A stretch of 64,000 nt of DNA from Octopus vulgaris (taxonomy: Eukaryota): NCBI GenBank assembly GCA_951406725.2, contig OX597816.1:118234001-118298000 (forward strand). The letters run 5' to 3'. A program made the position numbers and the translations under genes. Of this stretch, positions 62,570 through 64,000 are shown in pieces; position 1 is the stretch's first letter, and every line of letters begins with the position of its first letter. The notes beneath the pieces were generated by a model that ran no database searches, was not told where the DNA came from, and saw nothing but the letters and a program-made list of their open reading frames with translations.

Positions 62570-62940
62570 ATCTTTTATCTGTTTCATTCATTAGACTGTG
62601 GCCATGCTGGGGCACTGCCTTGAAAAATTTTTAGTAAAATGAATCAACCCCAAAACTTATATATATACACACACGCACACACACACACATATACATATAT
62701 TCACGTTTTTTAAAGCCTGGTACTTATTCTAACAGTCTTTTTTGCTGAGCTGCTAAGTTACAAGAATGTAAATACACCAACACCATTTATCAAGTAGAGG
62801 TGGGGACAAACAGACAATGACACACACACACACACATATACTGGGCTTCTTTCAGTTTCCATCTACCAAATCCATTCACAAGGCTATAATAGAAGCTCCT
62901 TGCCCAAGGTGCCACATAGTGAGTCTAAACCCAGAACCAC
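62570..62940 (-). mobile_element. Family A SINE
   Basis: TCTTTTATCTGTTTCA...GACTGTGGCCATGCTGGGGCAC...AAGCCTGGTACTTATTCTA...CTTCTTTCAGTTTCCATCTACCAAATCC...TTGCCCAAGGTGCC. Confidence 0.88.
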
Positions 62941-64000
62941 TAGTCATTTCCACCCTCCCTGCCACTCCAACCCACAAATCTGATAGTTGCCCATCTGCCA
63001 AATATTCTTTTATTTACCTTCATGCATGCCAATGTCTTCAGTACTTACCCTTGATATAATACCATCACACCAATCGCCAATCTATCACCTATCCACAATC
63101 ACTAGTACTGCTACTACAACTACTAGAACCATCATCAGTGCAACAACCAGCCATACCTGCTATCGCTACAACCACTACCATTAACAAGACAACAGTGACA
63201 AGAGTAAATGAAGGAGCCTCTGCAGAGTTGTTGAGTCTGCTATGAATAGCAGTCAAATCTTCCTAAAACCACACTCTACAATCTTTGGATAATGTCATCA
63301 TCATCACTTAACATCCGCCTTCCATGCTTGGCATGGGTGGGATGGTTTGACAGAAGCCAGCCTGGCAGAAGCTTGCACCAGACTGTAGTCATAAATAAAT
63401 TAAACAAGAAGGCCATGATTGGATTGCTTTTGATCATTGGTCCATTCGATAACCTGGGGCTAACTAACAATACAGCAACCTCTACTATCACTGCATTCAC
63501 CAACCACCAAATCAATAAAATGAGTCTACGAGAGCTCCAGCATGGTCACTAAACACACTACAAATATCAATAATAGCCAATTCTCACTCTAATCACATCC
63601 CACTATCTTTAAAAATGTGCAAGTAAACCATGCAGCTTGAAATACTCAATCTCTGAAGAAAAAAAAACAAATTGGAAGATCACAGCTGGAGTGCCTATCA
63701 TCCAATGTCCATACAAGGACTGATCCTGGGGCTAAAACAATAACAACTATAATGACATATACTAACGAAAACATCTTCATATGGCTGTTTTGACATGTCA
63801 GAAATAGCAGTCCTCAAATTGCACTATCTTAAACAAAGAATGAACACTGAGATAACATAGGCTTGGACAAACCCCTAAAGGGAGGGAAAAAAAACAACGA
63901 AAAAATGGGATGATCCATCAAAGGTCTATACTGTCAGCGCTAACACAGGACTAAACCACGACCAAATCCCTTATAACCTCTGCAAAATTCTAATACAACT

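Overview
AT-rich, microsatellite- and repeat-dense animal genomic DNA. The SINE families resemble those I recall from Octopus, so a cephalopod origin is inferred, not verified. One protein-coding gene is supported: an F-box/leucine-rich-repeat gene of the FBXL2/FBXL20 family on the minus strand. Ten GT-AG exons (36903 down to 450, 852 nt, 284 codons) splice into one open frame. The 3' exons lie left of the window and the start exon was not found. Apart from two ORFs overlapping these exons and one in a mariner relic, the ORF track looks like noise. The rest is intron or upstream DNA holding tRNA-derived SINEs, RTE-type LINE relics, two mariner relics, piggyBac-, Tc1/pogo- and hAT-like MITEs and a Helentron-like element. 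The most interesting signal is a set of Penelope-like remnants beside (TA)n tracts that carry type I hammerhead ribozyme motifs, one with an intact catalytic core at 22001-22106. Also notable: long foldback hairpins close to several exons, and a two-spacer CCAAT-rich minisatellite at 57.1-57.55 kb.
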